Source of the DNA: the human T2T-CHM13v2.0 reference genome, Homo sapiens
Assembly (NCBI RefSeq): GCF_009914755.1
Contig: NC_060929.1
Reading direction: 5' to 3' (one strand)
Length of the DNA: 64,000 bases
Numbering within the stretch: position 1 is the stretch's first letter; every line of letters starts with the position of its first letter. Below, piece by piece: positions 15,110-27,900 of the stretch. Position numbers and translations under genes: made by a program. The notes below the pieces were generated by a model. The model saw only the letters and a list, made by a program, of their open reading frames with translations. It was not told where the DNA came from and did no database searches.

Positions 15110-15285
15110 GCCCTCCATCTGTTTTTGTAAATCAGGTTTTACTGGAACACAGACACATTCATTTGTTTACATTTTATCTACAGCTGCCTCACGTTGCAAT
15201 GTCAGAGTTCAGTGGCTGTGGTAGACACTGTATGGCTTACAAGGCCTAAGATGCCTACATCCTGGCTCTCTACCAAGAAAGTGTA
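15110..15285 (+). mobile_element. MER58-like hAT-Charlie fragment
   Basis: ctgtttttgtaaat..ttttactggaacacagacac..tcatttgtttacatt..tctacagctgc..cagagttcagtggctgt..tatggcttacaaggcctaa. Confidence 0.7.
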
Positions 15286-17199
15286 AGGGGCTGGCAGGGG
15301 AAAGGAGCTCACTTTCAAATAAGATGGAGAACAGGTGGCCAAAAAGGTGGAGAGCAAATGAGCGTCTCAAGGAGGGAGAGGTCCGGAGGGCCTGATCTGC
15401 AGAGAGGTCAGACTGGATAAAGATAGGAGTGTTCTCTGCCTAAGCCAACCGCAGGGCAAGAGTGACCTGTTGCAGGCCTCAGTTCCTGTACAGGTGTAGG
15501 GGAGGTGGGGAGGGTGTGGACGGAGCACAGAGGGAAGCCAGGGGTCAGGATGAAGGCCATGGAGTTGATGAGAAGAGCCAGCCTTTCTGAAGATGCTTGG
15601 CTAGTTCAGTGGGAGGGGAGAGGGCTGTGGGCCATAGGGTACATGTTTTAATCAGCAAGCCCTGCGATTTCAGACCTAAGCCTTGAACACTTTTCTAAAA
15701 TATCAGAGACTGCTTTCCTACCTTGGTTACAACTGTCCAGCAGCTTCCCAGACTTGGCCCTGCCAGGCCTTGAGTCTCCACCCAGCCCATGGAGATGGGC
15801 ACTGGCAGATGGAGGATCGCAGAGAGAGGGGAGTGGCAGACCAAGGGCAGACCCTTGGGGTCGTGCTGCCCTGGTACTTCCCGAGCCTGGGTCAACTCGC
15901 CAGTTCTTTCTCCATCTCTGACCCCTTTTCCACACCAGAATGCAGAAAACAAGTCCACCTTGCCATGCAGCCTTCTCTGACCCGTGGCTCCCAACCCTTC
16001 CTCCTGGGGCTGCACTAGCCTCTGGGTTCTCTTTGTGGCACAAGAGCTCAGACCACCAGGCCTGCCTGGAAGGGGCCAAGGGGTGTGAACCATGCCCTTT
16101 CCTCCAGGCCCCAGTCCTCCTGCCTCTACATGCTACCTCCCAAGGCTGTGCCTCCCTGCCCCTACCTCGCACAGCTTGAGCACAGTGGCCGCTCCAGGAG
16201 GGGTTGAGTCAGCCCACTGGCCTCCTGGGGTGTGCCATCATGATTCATCACAGTGGTGCCACAGCTAGGCCTGAGGCCCACCTGTGAATCAAAAAAAAAA
16301 AAAGAAAGTGTGAAGTAGCAAACTCATCATTTGAGACTCTCATGCTTCCTGAGATGAGATGATTCCCATTAAAAAAAACCTTCATTTTCAGAAAATCCAT
16401 GTTCACAGCTTGCTCTGTAGAGCCTGCCCCCACAAGTTATGATTTATATTTTATTATAAGGTGAAAAGAGACAAAAAAAAAATCCTCACAAGGGAAAAAA
16501 AAAAGCCCACTGACTCTTTACAGCAACTCCCAGGGCATTTGATTTAAAGGGACATTGTCATCTTTAATGTTTTCATTCCGAGGAATTAGAGAGCGCCACT
16601 GTGATAATTTAGAAGCTCCTGATTTAAGGGGCAGCCTTCGTGGTCTAGCTTCACTGTATTTCCCTTTTTATGATTCCAGAGAGTATTTTCTGAGAGATAA
16701 CAATGTTGGGTGATATTTCTCCTTCGTCAGGTGGAGGCCTGAGAAGAAAATTAAAAGAGATCCTTTCTTCTCCCCTCTGTGGGGCCAGGCTATGGACTGC
16801 GGAGGACCGTCACAGCCACCTCCCGCCACTCCATCTCCACAGGGCCTGACCCTGCCTTCCGGCACCCCCAGAGCTAAGAAGGAGAGGCAGGCGGCCATCT
16901 TGGCCCTGTGGCGAACTCTCGGAATGGTCTTCACTGTTCAGCTCCTTCTCTCCCAACCGCCACCCCACGCAAGGGCCACAAGAGCCTCCCAGAATCATCT
17001 TTCTTTTTGTGCCCTTTTCTGTTCCCACTTTTGCATCTGTGTTCAGGTCTTCTACAGTCTCTGGAGTTTCCTAGTCCTCACTCTTCCCTGTGGGTGTCTA
17101 CAGGTCGGTCCTCCTCAAACTGACTTTGACCACACCCTCCATGCTTCCCTGGCTTCCTTGACATGCCCAAACTCTGTGGCCTGCATGTCTTTGGCAGAG

Positions 17200-17630
17200 A
17201 ATGCTCTGTGTTCACCTCAACCTGCATCCATTCCCTCCTGTGGACACAGCTGGACTACATTTCCCAGCTCTTCCTGTAGTTGAGGCATCCATATGACTGA
17301 GTTCTGGCCAGTGGAATGTGTCAGGAGGGATGGGTGCAAGGGCTTTGCTGGGCTCCAAAACAGCTCCTGCAAGCCTCTCTACTCTCTCCATCCTACTGTA
17401 TACCGGCCAGATGCAGCATCCAGTAAAGGAATCTGAGGCCCCAGGAGACGGAAGAACCACATCCTGAAGGTGTCCGAGTCCCCATGTCACTGTGTGCACA
17501 GAAACTGAACACCAGCCTTGAGCTGTTACAGGAATGGAGAACAAATCTTTGCACTAATAAATATTGCACTAAGCCCCTGAGATTTGGGGGTTGTGTGTGA
17601 TTGCATTTAGCTCCCTAACACACGCCCTTG
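17200..17630 (+). mobile_element. Old MaLR LTR (MLT1I/J-like)
   Basis: gactacatttcccagc..catatgactgagttctggccagtggaatgtg..taagcccctgagatttgggggttg. Subfamily uncertain. Confidence 0.65.
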
Positions 17631-18339
17631 CTGTTATCGTTCTAATCCCTCCCTCCTGCATCATTTCTTCTCTTTTATTTGTCCATGGCACGGGACGAGT
17701 TGGCCATATTAGATGGTCTGGAGCCTTCCCATCTGTTCTTACGCTTAGGCTGTTGCCTCTGACTGGGATGCCTTTTCCCACTCCCATACCTGCCTGTGAA
17801 ATCCCATCGTGCCCTCCTTTGTGAAGACTAATAGCATTATTTTGCTTAGCTGTGTTACACCCTCCTCTCAGTTTCCATGGCGTTCTTTTGGCAACCGTCC
17901 CACAGCCTTTTGCCTTGTTTTTGCACACGTCTTGTTTTCCCATAGAAGAGTGGACTCCCTGGGGCCAGGGACCAAATCTTACTCATGGTCAACCTGTCTG
18001 TGTTGGAAGGTACTCTGTGTGGTGTCCAGGGTGTTAATTTTGGAGGACATCCCCTGATTTGAGTTTCATCTCTACCACCACGTGCAACTTTTTGATGCCT
18101 CCGTTCCTCTTCTGTAAAATGGGCATAAAAAGAGACCCTGCCTCAGAGAACCTGCTCTCAGGGAGAAAGGGAAACCCCCGTGCATGCTCCACGTGCCACC
18201 CACCGCCCCTCTTTGCTGCAGTCACCTGCTGACTCTGGGTTATGCCCCACCCCATTTCCTGTGTTGTAGCCTATGGCTAACAGCAGTCTCCCTTATATGC
18301 CACCTGTGTAAGTGCCAGGTGATTTAAACATCCAAGTTG

Positions 18340-20620
18340 ATTACCTGCCAACTCTCCACCTTACAGGTGGCCATATCCTGGAGTCCAGACACTGTCATTA
18401 CAAATTATAGCAGCCTGAAAACTCATATCTACAGGCATCCTACTCTCTGATCACCTCCCATCTCTTCTGGTTTATTCTGTCTGGTATCCAGACTCCAAGA
18501 ATTCTTCAGCCCCACCGGGAATCTACTGACCAACTGTATGCCTGTCACCTGTGGTGATGTTGCTTCCTCCTTACCATGGAATTCCATGGAATTTAAATCA
18601 CTGGAATGATACTGTTGCACACACTCAATTCCCTTACCCTCTCTTGACAACCCTCCAGCCCTGGTGAAATCTGTCTGGGTGCTGTCTGCTTATACCCGGG
18701 TAGCTGAACATGCTGGGGAAACGGCCACCCTGCTGACTAGTCTCACTTTGGATTCAGGACTAGGGCCCTCAAGTGGGTCCCGAAAGCTGCCCAAAGATCA
18801 CTCCGCCTCCTCTGCATCTGTCCCTCTTTCACTCTCCTACACAATCGTTCCCGACCTTCTTCTCCCTCCTCAGACTTCCACATCTCTTCCCTTATCCTCA
18901 CGCTCAGCCATGACCTTGCTTCCTGATTCACTGAGAAAACAGACGTCTGCACACGCACCCACCACACCGACCCACCCATCTCTGTCGGTTCACACTCTCA
19001 GGCTTCTTTCCTGTTAACTGGGTCTGCCGCCCATCCATCTAAGACAATCCCCAACCTGGGCCCTGGATTCCACCTCCCCTCGCCTACTCAAAGAAGTCAT
19101 CTGGTTGTACTGCCTCTTCCTTCCACAGCCTCAGTTTCCCCTTTCTACTTGACTCTGCTCATCCACAGACATGCCGGTTGCTCACGTGTGTTTGCAAAAG
19201 CCTTCTTGGCCCTGCTATCCTTTTAGCTACTGCCCTATTCTGTTCTTTGCTGCAAAACTCCTCAGAAGATTTATCTTCATTTAGTTTCTCCAGTTCCTTT
19301 CTTCCCACTCCATCTTAAACCCAATCCAATGAGACTTTTGTACCCTCTCCCATCCCACTGCGTGGAAACTGCCTTTCAAGCCGAAGACCTCCAAATGACT
19401 AATACAAGTCTCTTTTCTTTGTCCTCATCTTAACTGAGCTTTCAGCACTTGGGACAGCTGACCGCTTCCTGACTCACTCTTCTCTTGGCTCCTAGGACAT
19501 TGCACTTGCCTGGGTTTCCTCCCACCACTCTGGCATCTTCCTCTCATTCTCTTTTGGGGCTCCCACTCCTCTTCCTGACCTCTTCCCATCAGAGGCTCTT
19601 AGGGCTCTGTCTTGGCTTCTCTTCTCTATCCACATTCACCTACTCAGTGATCTCATCCAACTCAGAGCTTTAAATGCTGTCAGTATGCTAAGGGTTTCCA
19701 AGTTTCCATCTTCAGCCTAGCCCTCTCCTCGTCTATCCAACTGCCTGTTCAACACTGCCACTTGAATGTCTGATAGCATCTCAAACTCAGTATGCCCCCA
19801 AATTAACTCCTGATCTTCCCTCCCAAACCTCCTCCACCCATGGTCTCCTCTGTCTCAGTTAATGGCAACTCCATCCTTCCAGTCCTCATGCCCAAAACCC
19901 TGGAGTTATCCTGGACTCCTTTCTTTTCTAATAACCACATGCAACTCATCAGCAAATCTCTTTGGCACCGCCCTTCAGAATATACCCATGATCCAGCCTC
20001 TCCTCACCACCATCGTGCCCATTAGCTGAATTATTGCAACAGCCTCCTAACTTGTCTACATGCTCCTACTTTTGCCCTGTAACAGTCTTTTCTCAAAACA
20101 GCAGCCAAAGTGCTTCCTTTAAAATATAAAGTCAGATCACATCCCTTCTCGACTTGAAGCCCTCCAATAATCTAGTTTCACCCATTGTGAAAACAAAAGT
20201 GCTTAGGTTAGCTTCCAGGGGCCCCCAGGACCTTTGACCCTGCCCCCAGCTTCCCATACCACTCCTACCATCAGACCTATTTTTACCTAGGGGGCTAGGA
20301 CACATCTTCCCCCAGTGACTGCGTGGCGAGTGCCCTCACCCCTTCAACACCTGGCTCACATAGCCCCTCTGGATGAGGCTTTCCCTGGGCTATCGTATTT
20401 AATTTTGCCCACCCCTGCCCTGCCCTGCCCTACCCTGCCCTCTGTGTTGCTGTTCTCAAAAGTACTACCCACGTTGTAATCTACGCATCCATTGTTGTTT
20501 ATCTGTGTCTCCTCCCTGTAATACAAGTTCCGTGAGGGCAAGAGTTTTTGTCTGTGTTGAAACCTGTTGAATTTCTGCAGCCTAGAACAGCTCCTGCCAG
20601 GAAGTATTTGTGTGAATGAC
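18340..20620 (+). mobile_element. Long degraded L2 LINE (3' part)
   Basis: Pyrimidine-rich L2 motifs (catctcaaactcagtatgccccca, aatggcaactccatccttccag, tgcaacagcctcctaact, aagtcagatcacatc), ending in an L2 tail (aagttccgtgagggcaagag...gtatttgtgtgaatga). 5' boundary approximate. Confidence 0.78.
20408..20440 (-). repeat. (CAGGG)n-like pentamer repeat / G4 motif on the FSTL4 sense strand
   Basis: Plus strand cccacccctgccctgccctgccctaccctgccc gives seven G-runs on the minus strand. Confidence 0.7.
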
Positions 20621-21756
20621 CGCACACTGCCTCCAGGGCTAAGCACTTTTCACCTGCAGGCCTGCCTTGGGGGCTGGGGCTGGTGGGCACACTGCAGCCT
20701 CAGGTGTAGGTTCTGAGGGGGCACCTCTAAGGTCACATGGGCAGGGAGTACCTGCCTACCTTGATGGTATCAGGAAGTCTTCCAGAGTTCATAATTGCAC
20801 CCTTTGATGGAAGGCATTTTGAAAAAAAGCTCTCTACAGGAGAAAAAAGGACAATTTTTCATGTCAAATAGTGTTACCAAAAAAACTGATTTTGCACAAA
20901 TGGTATCCTACGTGCAGGATCTCAAAGCATTTTGCAAATGCGTATTAATTGGTTATTACAACATCCCTGCCAGACAGAGGAAGAATCAACCTCCTGAATA
21001 AGAAGAGAACACTTGGTTTTCATGATTAAATCAGGCACAAAGATGGAATGTGTGAGCCCCAGGGTTCCAGGGGCAGAGGAGGGTGCTCCCACCTGTCCTC
21101 AAGCCAAGGCTCGGTGGGACTCGTGGGTGGCAGGTGGCCTCATCAGATGTGCTGATGGAGTGCTGGAGCCATCATGCATGGGTTGGAATTTTTGGTCTAC
21201 TGGGTAACCGCAGGCAATGACTTAATCTCTCTGTGTCTCCGGCTCTTCACCTCTAAAATGAGACACGTGGTATCTTTTCATAAGGATTGAATGTCACTAA
21301 ATGAGATAATGTTAAGCTGCTTAACACTCAGTCAATGTTATTAGTAATAACAAATGTCACAGCACAGCCACCAGCCACAGCCTCCTGCTCCCTGCCTCCT
21401 TCATGAGAATCCTGTGCACCTGACTGGCCCCAGCTCTCACAGAAATCTAGAGTGGGCATATGAAGTCTCAAGAAGTGCTTGCCAAATTGGGTTTAGGACC
21501 CCTGAGGCCTCACTGTAGTCCCTCCTGGACTCTGCTGGGTAGCACAGATTCTAGAAGCCAGGGTGTTTCTGATGGGCTGGCCCTTGTGGGACAGGATGCC
21601 AGGTGGGGTGTGCAGCGTCGGGACCAACAGTCCCCCATCCCTCATCTGGACCAGCAGTCCTCTATCCCTAGCCACTGGTACCTGCCAAGTTTGAGGCACC
21701 CAAGGGGTCTCCCGAAACAGACGCTGGTGACCAAGATTGTCTAGAATGACTTGAGA

Positions 21757-21965
21757 GGCAGCATAGCTTAGTAGGTAAGAACACAGGCTTGGAAGCTGAA
21801 CTCCTGGGTTCAAACCCTGCCCTGTAACTCTCTAGCTGAGAGGTGGGCAAGTTACTCTAGCATGGTGCCTCTGGGCCTCATCTATAAAAAGGGGATAACG
21901 ATAGTTCCTCTCTCATAGATTGCTGCAAGGATTAATGAATTCACTTAGAACAGCTTAGCATCAAC
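21757..21965 (+). mobile_element. MIR SINE, near full length
   Basis: aggcagcatagcttagtaggtaagaacacaggc..cctgggttcaaaccctg..gggcaagttact..catctataaaaagggataa. Confidence 0.8.
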
Positions 21966-24900
21966 TATGAATGCTGTATGATTACCTGAAATTAATTATG
22001 TGGCTTCAGAGGCAAGCTCTGCAACACATGGTGAGCCCTGCAATGCTCTGCTCCTTAGGTGTGTGATACCTGTACACCAGGTGCTGGGCAAGTGTCTGCC
22101 CATCCAGCCAACACTCCATCGTGGGTGGGCTTCCCCACTGTGGGCCCTGGACTAGTTTCTTAGTAATCAACTTGCAGACAGGATGACAGGGCCAGGCTTG
22201 TCACATCACCATTCTTTTCCCAGGGCTCAGTCCAGAACTTGCCTGGGGCAGATGGTAGGCATGAATGGATACATAAGAGCAAATATTCACCTGTTGTGTT
22301 GCTTCAATTTGGGGCGTTTCCTTAAACTCCTGCCTACTCAGAGCTGAAGCCCAAAAGCTTCCTAACCTGTTGGCTTTGTGACTTCAAAGACCATGTCTGT
22401 CACATCTGAGAGCAGGAAACTCAGCCATGGTGCTGATTCATGTGGCACCTGCGGGGGTGTCTCAGTTCGCTCTGGAAGCTTACTGCCCTCTGCAGAGAAC
22501 TGAGGGACAGCCACTTGCCAGGCCATTCTCCCTGGAAGTGCCCATGGCATCAGAACATCTTCATCTGAGGATCAGGAACCGGGGCTGGAGACCAGGAGGC
22601 CAGTCCCTTTGGTGAGACTGAGGCCCCGGCCAGAGCCTTTGTGGTTGTGCCATTGTAAGGACCGCACTTCTCCCCTGGGATGAGGGCTACTCCCTGCAGC
22701 CTGGGCATCTTGGTAGACATTTGAGGTTACAGAGCTTGTAAGGGCCTGAGCCTTCTGAGACACTGTTTTCAAAAGGAACAGGTTGGGTGCAGTCAGTCTA
22801 GTCTAACACAGACTTTTTAAAGTCACACTGCTCACTCTGGGGCCTGGGAATATTTCATCTGCTCAGCTGCCTGGCCAGGGCTGCTTACAGAGGGGCTGGG
22901 GCCTGTGGTCTCAAGGGCAGGGATCATAGGCTTGGGCTGAGTCCGGCAAGATCAATTACCTCTCCTGACTTCAAAGGGAGGTGCACACATGAGTGTGAAG
23001 GCTCAGGAAGGGCCTACATGGCCAGATGTCCCCAGTCTCTCTCCTTATGTCCATTTAATGCTGAGTTCCTCCCTCCTCTCAAAAACCACTACTTCCCAGA
23101 GCCCTTAACCAGCAGCACATCCAGTTGCTTTGAGTTTCCCCCACCCTGTGCTGTCTCTGCTTCCCCTTCACATGGGCTGCCTTCAAATTCTAACCAGGCG
23201 GCGGCTGGCAGGTGGGAGGCAGGGAGGCTGTGGAGAGTCTGGCATGAATTTTCCAAAGTGGACAGTCAGCCTCTGAATGATGGAGAGCTGACTCTGGGTC
23301 TGGGGGCCCTGCTCAGCCCAGGCCTTTATTGTTAATTTAGAGAATTCGAGGGAAGCATCCAGAGGGGAAGCCCACTGGCATTCCTTTCCAATTAGAAGCA
23401 GCTACCAACTGCTTCTCCAACCAGCAGAAGCCAGAGCTCCCTGAAAGGCTGCCCCATCACCGCTCCTCCTTGTGTCTGGGAAGGTGTGTGCACATCTTTA
23501 GTTGAAGGCAAGGGGAGATAGGTGCTCTGTGATTGGGGGGCTGGGGAGGGTGAGACCCAGGAAAAATGAGCAGAACTTTGAACTGCATGGAATACAATTA
23601 GTCGGTACACTGTCTACAGGGCAGACATCTGCATTTAGCCTGAGACACACTGGGTTGCCTCCAGGGCTGCCTTTAAGGTGTGGCCACTATTGCTCCTTTT
23701 CCAAAGCCCCACCTTCCTCACAGCTGGCCCTTCTGCCACGGAACATTCCATATTTTCTGTGTTTTCCCAAACTCAGAAGCCCTTAGCTTTACCAGGAAGC
23801 TCTGTCCATCGCTTGGCCACCATTCACAGGACAGGCATTCTGTAAGTGCCCTAAGCCCTCAAGCCTCAAGGGTGTTGGTGGAGGCCCGGGATGCAGGATG
23901 GCCGGATCCAGCTGTACCTTGCACCTACTCTGCTCCCTCTGCACTAGGGGACATGAGGAAGGAGACATGGTGGCCACATCTCCCACAGGGACACAGTCTG
24001 CTTGTTACCAAGTCTGCTCTTTCACTCAGCACCTCCAGGTGTCAGGGGTGGCAGGGCCCTGGGCTAGCTTTGTTCTAGAGCTTTCTAGATGCTGAGTTAT
24101 TTAACCTGTAGTACTTTTAGGCCCCGTTCCCCACCCAACCCTGTTTGTTCTGTCTGAGCCAACCAGGAGTCGACTCCACTGCCCTTAAATCCCCTACTGT
24201 GCCCTGAGCATGGAGCAGTGGCCTCCCCAGCTGTGGCCTGGTACAGTTGGCCTGGACAGTATTCAGCCTGGGGCTTCCTGCGAGCTCCTCCGAAGGCTGT
24301 CAGCCTTCACCAAGGTGTCAGCAATTTACCGAGGGATGGGTGTTTCGAACACCCATGAAAGGCAGGGATGTGACTTCTGTTTCCAAGCCATCGTTTCCCT
24401 GATGTTGAACCTGCTGCCAAGCATCAGCACATTTCCAAGCACCATGGCACAGAGGTAGACTATTGAGGGTCAGGACCAACACCAGGGCTGGAAGTGGCTC
24501 AGAAGAGGAGTCTCTGGAGGTGCATTTATTTGTGGGAGCTGAGAAGGAGTGGATATTTGATGGGGTTTGGGTTTGAGAGAAAGCAGCCCTCCACGGGACA
24601 CCTGTTCTGAATAACAGCTCTGCTGCTCGGGCCCCGCTTTCTCTGTGGAGCCGGAAGCCCTGAGCTTTGTCAGGAGGTTGGAGGCGTCAACTGCTATGGT
24701 TCTGCAGGACAGTAATCCTGCTCCTTTCACACTGTCATCTGAAAGGGACCCAGGTGAAATGTGTCTGAAAACACCTGTGGCACACGGACTTCAGGACTCA
24801 GAAAGGATGCCACTTCAGGGGCCCTGCCATCTGCCGCAGCACAGGTGAACAGCTCCCAGAGAGGGTCTGTCTCACTGAGCCCACCCTCTGCCCACCCCAG

Positions 24901-27900
24901 AGTCACACATCATGGGGGAAGACACAAAGACTCCAAAGAGTCGTGGCTGGAGCAGAAGTGCAGCCAGCATCCTGCCAAAGTGCGCAGGTCTAGAACTGCC
25001 ACACCTCGCTGTGAGTTGGGCTCTGCAGCCCCAACCTCTTTGGGCCTTGGTTTCCTTATTTTTGGAACTCGGAGGTCAGGAGAGGTTCTGCCTGCCAGAT
25101 GCCTCTCATGGCATCTGGCACGTGGTGAGCACGCAGCCTGCAGTGTTTGCTGGGAAGCAACAGGCTCTGGAGAGTCATCAGCAACTCGCTAGTGGAGGCT
25201 CTGTCTGAAGGGGATAAGGAAGATGAGTAAGCCCAGAGACGCCACCCAGATGGAGAATGTGGGGTGGGCTTGGAAGTGCCGCTCCATACACTGCCCATTG
25301 CACCACCTGTGGAGGGGGAGAGAGTCCTTTGGGGCCCATTCCCACCCCACCTGGATGCGTTTTGCAGTCCCAACAAGTATATAAACAGTTGTTCTGCCTG
25401 AAGCACCGTCTGACGAAAAATTGCCCATGCCATCTGGAGAAGAACGGCTCTCCAAGGGCATAGCTTGCAGGCTGCCCCAGGCGGCTCGCACAGAGGCCTC
25501 CTTGCACCTTCCCTGAGAAGATCTAGATGGGGAGTGGGGCACGGGATGGGACTGTTGCTGCAGTGTTGGAATTCTAGTGGAAGCCCAAAATGGAAAGCCA
25601 TTACCAAGTACCCCCAAGCTAAATAGTGACAGAAAGCCACCTCGTGTTGGCGACCAAACTGCTGAGCGGTCCTCAGCTCATCACCCTCCTCAGCCCACAG
25701 CCAGGGGAAGATTTGGATTCACCGGGAAGTCTGAGCAGAGGAGAACAAAACTCTTCTGCTTGTACCTGTGCTGAGTCCAGCCTATAGTTCCACAAACTAG
25801 TTACGAGCGTTCGCTTGTCCCAGTCAAAATCAGGATCCCAAGGGTCCAAAGATGCTATCAGCCTTCATATGTAAAGGCAAAAACCTGGGACCTCCAGAAC
25901 CCCACCAAATCCTGTGTGAGCTAAATGAGAACTCGGGGCTCTGAACATATGGCCGTTACATGTGCCCCCTTCTACATAGACTCAGAACATCTGCTCCTCC
26001 ATCCACGGGGAAGATCTCCCATTGGTTTATTTCCAGGCTGCACTTGTGATGACCTTTCTCTTCCTGCTTATCAAGAACACAAATAAATACCCAGAAAGAT
26101 CAACTTCCACAGCCTCTGCCATCCTCTGACTTCACAGGTCTTCGAAAAAGGGAAATCAGATAAGACTTGGGTACAAACACTTTACTGCAGGGCACATTTT
26201 AATCCCACTCTACCTCTTACCTCGGGCCTCCTTATGGTATCCAGGGAGCCTCTGGGAGGCATTTGGTAAGGACAGATGCTCTGTTATAAAGGGTGCTAGG
26301 GTGGCTTGGCACTGTCCCGTGGAAGGCCAGCTTTGGGGGAAACAGGAGTCCCACCAGGACAGCAGTGAGTAAACGGGAGCATGGTGCCAAACCGAGGGGT
26401 GACTGCAGGTTCCATGTCCCCTCTCTGCCCCTCAGCCATCAGCTCACAGACCACTGTGTGGAACCATGGTGAGCTGCTCACCCGGCGCATGCCACACGTG
26501 GGCAACAGGATGATTCCACCATCAAGGGGAACCCTCAGGTCTGTTCTTCATTCTCTCTGGGAACTGCCACAACAGCTCTGAACATTTTCTCTTTACTACA
26601 ACTTTTAAAAAGTCCACCATGGTCTTTAATCCTGGTGACAAATGTTTGTCAAGCACCTACTCTGTGCCAGGCTGAATGCCCACCACATGGAAAGTGCTAG
26701 GCTCCTCTTCCCTGCTCTGCTGGTCTTGTCCTCCCGCTGGAACAAGAGCCTTGGGCCATAACCACCCTGCCAGCTCTTCGAGGTCACCCCTACTTTCCCT
26801 TTGTCCTTTTGTGCCTCCTGCGTTTGTTACTGTATAGCCCTGCTGCCGTCTTTGCATACACTCATTAGTCCTGTGGCCTCTGACTATATTTCAACCACCT
26901 GGCGACTCTCCTGCTCTCAGCCTGCCTTGGTCCTCAACCCAGAGTGAGGGTGTGGGGAATGGCTGGCCTCTGGGCTAGAAGAGGTGCTCCTTAGCCTTTG
27001 GGGCTAAAGAGCTGCTCAGGAAGGGCCACGATAAGTAGGGATCAGTATTGCTGATGCTGAGAAAATCTCAGATGGGGCACTGGCTTATCTTCTGGGGGTT
27101 TCCAGCTCACTCCTCATCTGCTGCTTCAGGCAGGCAGTAGTAGCTCAGGTGTCCAATGCCTCTCTCTGCCTAGCCAGGGACTGTCTGTCCCCAGGGTCTG
27201 GCTCTCCAGCCAGCTCCTATCAGGGGCCACTTTGGTGCCAAGGCTTCTGAGTGCCCTGGCCCTGAGTGTGGCCCACAGCTCTTCACCCAGTCAGTCACTA
27301 TGTCCCGTGTGAGTGGAGTTCCTCTTACATCCCCACCACTCCCTAACCCCAGGACACAGCTTGTTCCCGTGCAGCCCACAAGCTGGGCCTTGTAGTAGTG
27401 GTGGTGGGGTTCTGCAGGGCACTGTCATGGAGCCTGAGAACAGGTGACCAGAGAGGAAGGAAAGAGCAACAAGCTAGAGAACTGGTGATTGTGCCCTAAG
27501 CATCCTTCCTAGGCTGGTACAACCTCAGGCAAGGTTTACCTTTCAGAAGCATGCCAAGGTGGGTCTTCTCTACACCTCAGTACACCTGGTTATCACTAGG
27601 TACCTCAGAGCTCACACCACCCACACTCACGCTGAGACAAGGGCAGTGCTGGCAGGCCAAGGAGGCAGTGGGCTTGGGGGCACTCCCTGTTACCCTCAGT
27701 TTGGTTTCTGGGCTCCTGCCTGGAGCCTGGGAGGTAGCCTCGGCCATGCAAAGATTTCCCTTGAGATGTGAGCTCTGGAAGGCTCAGGCATTCACATCCT
27801 AAGCCCGTCAACACCTCCAATCCAAGGGAGCAAGCTGAGAAATCGGGAATGTGACCTTCAGTGCTTAATTGCACATTGAAGTCCTCACAAAAGCTTTGCA

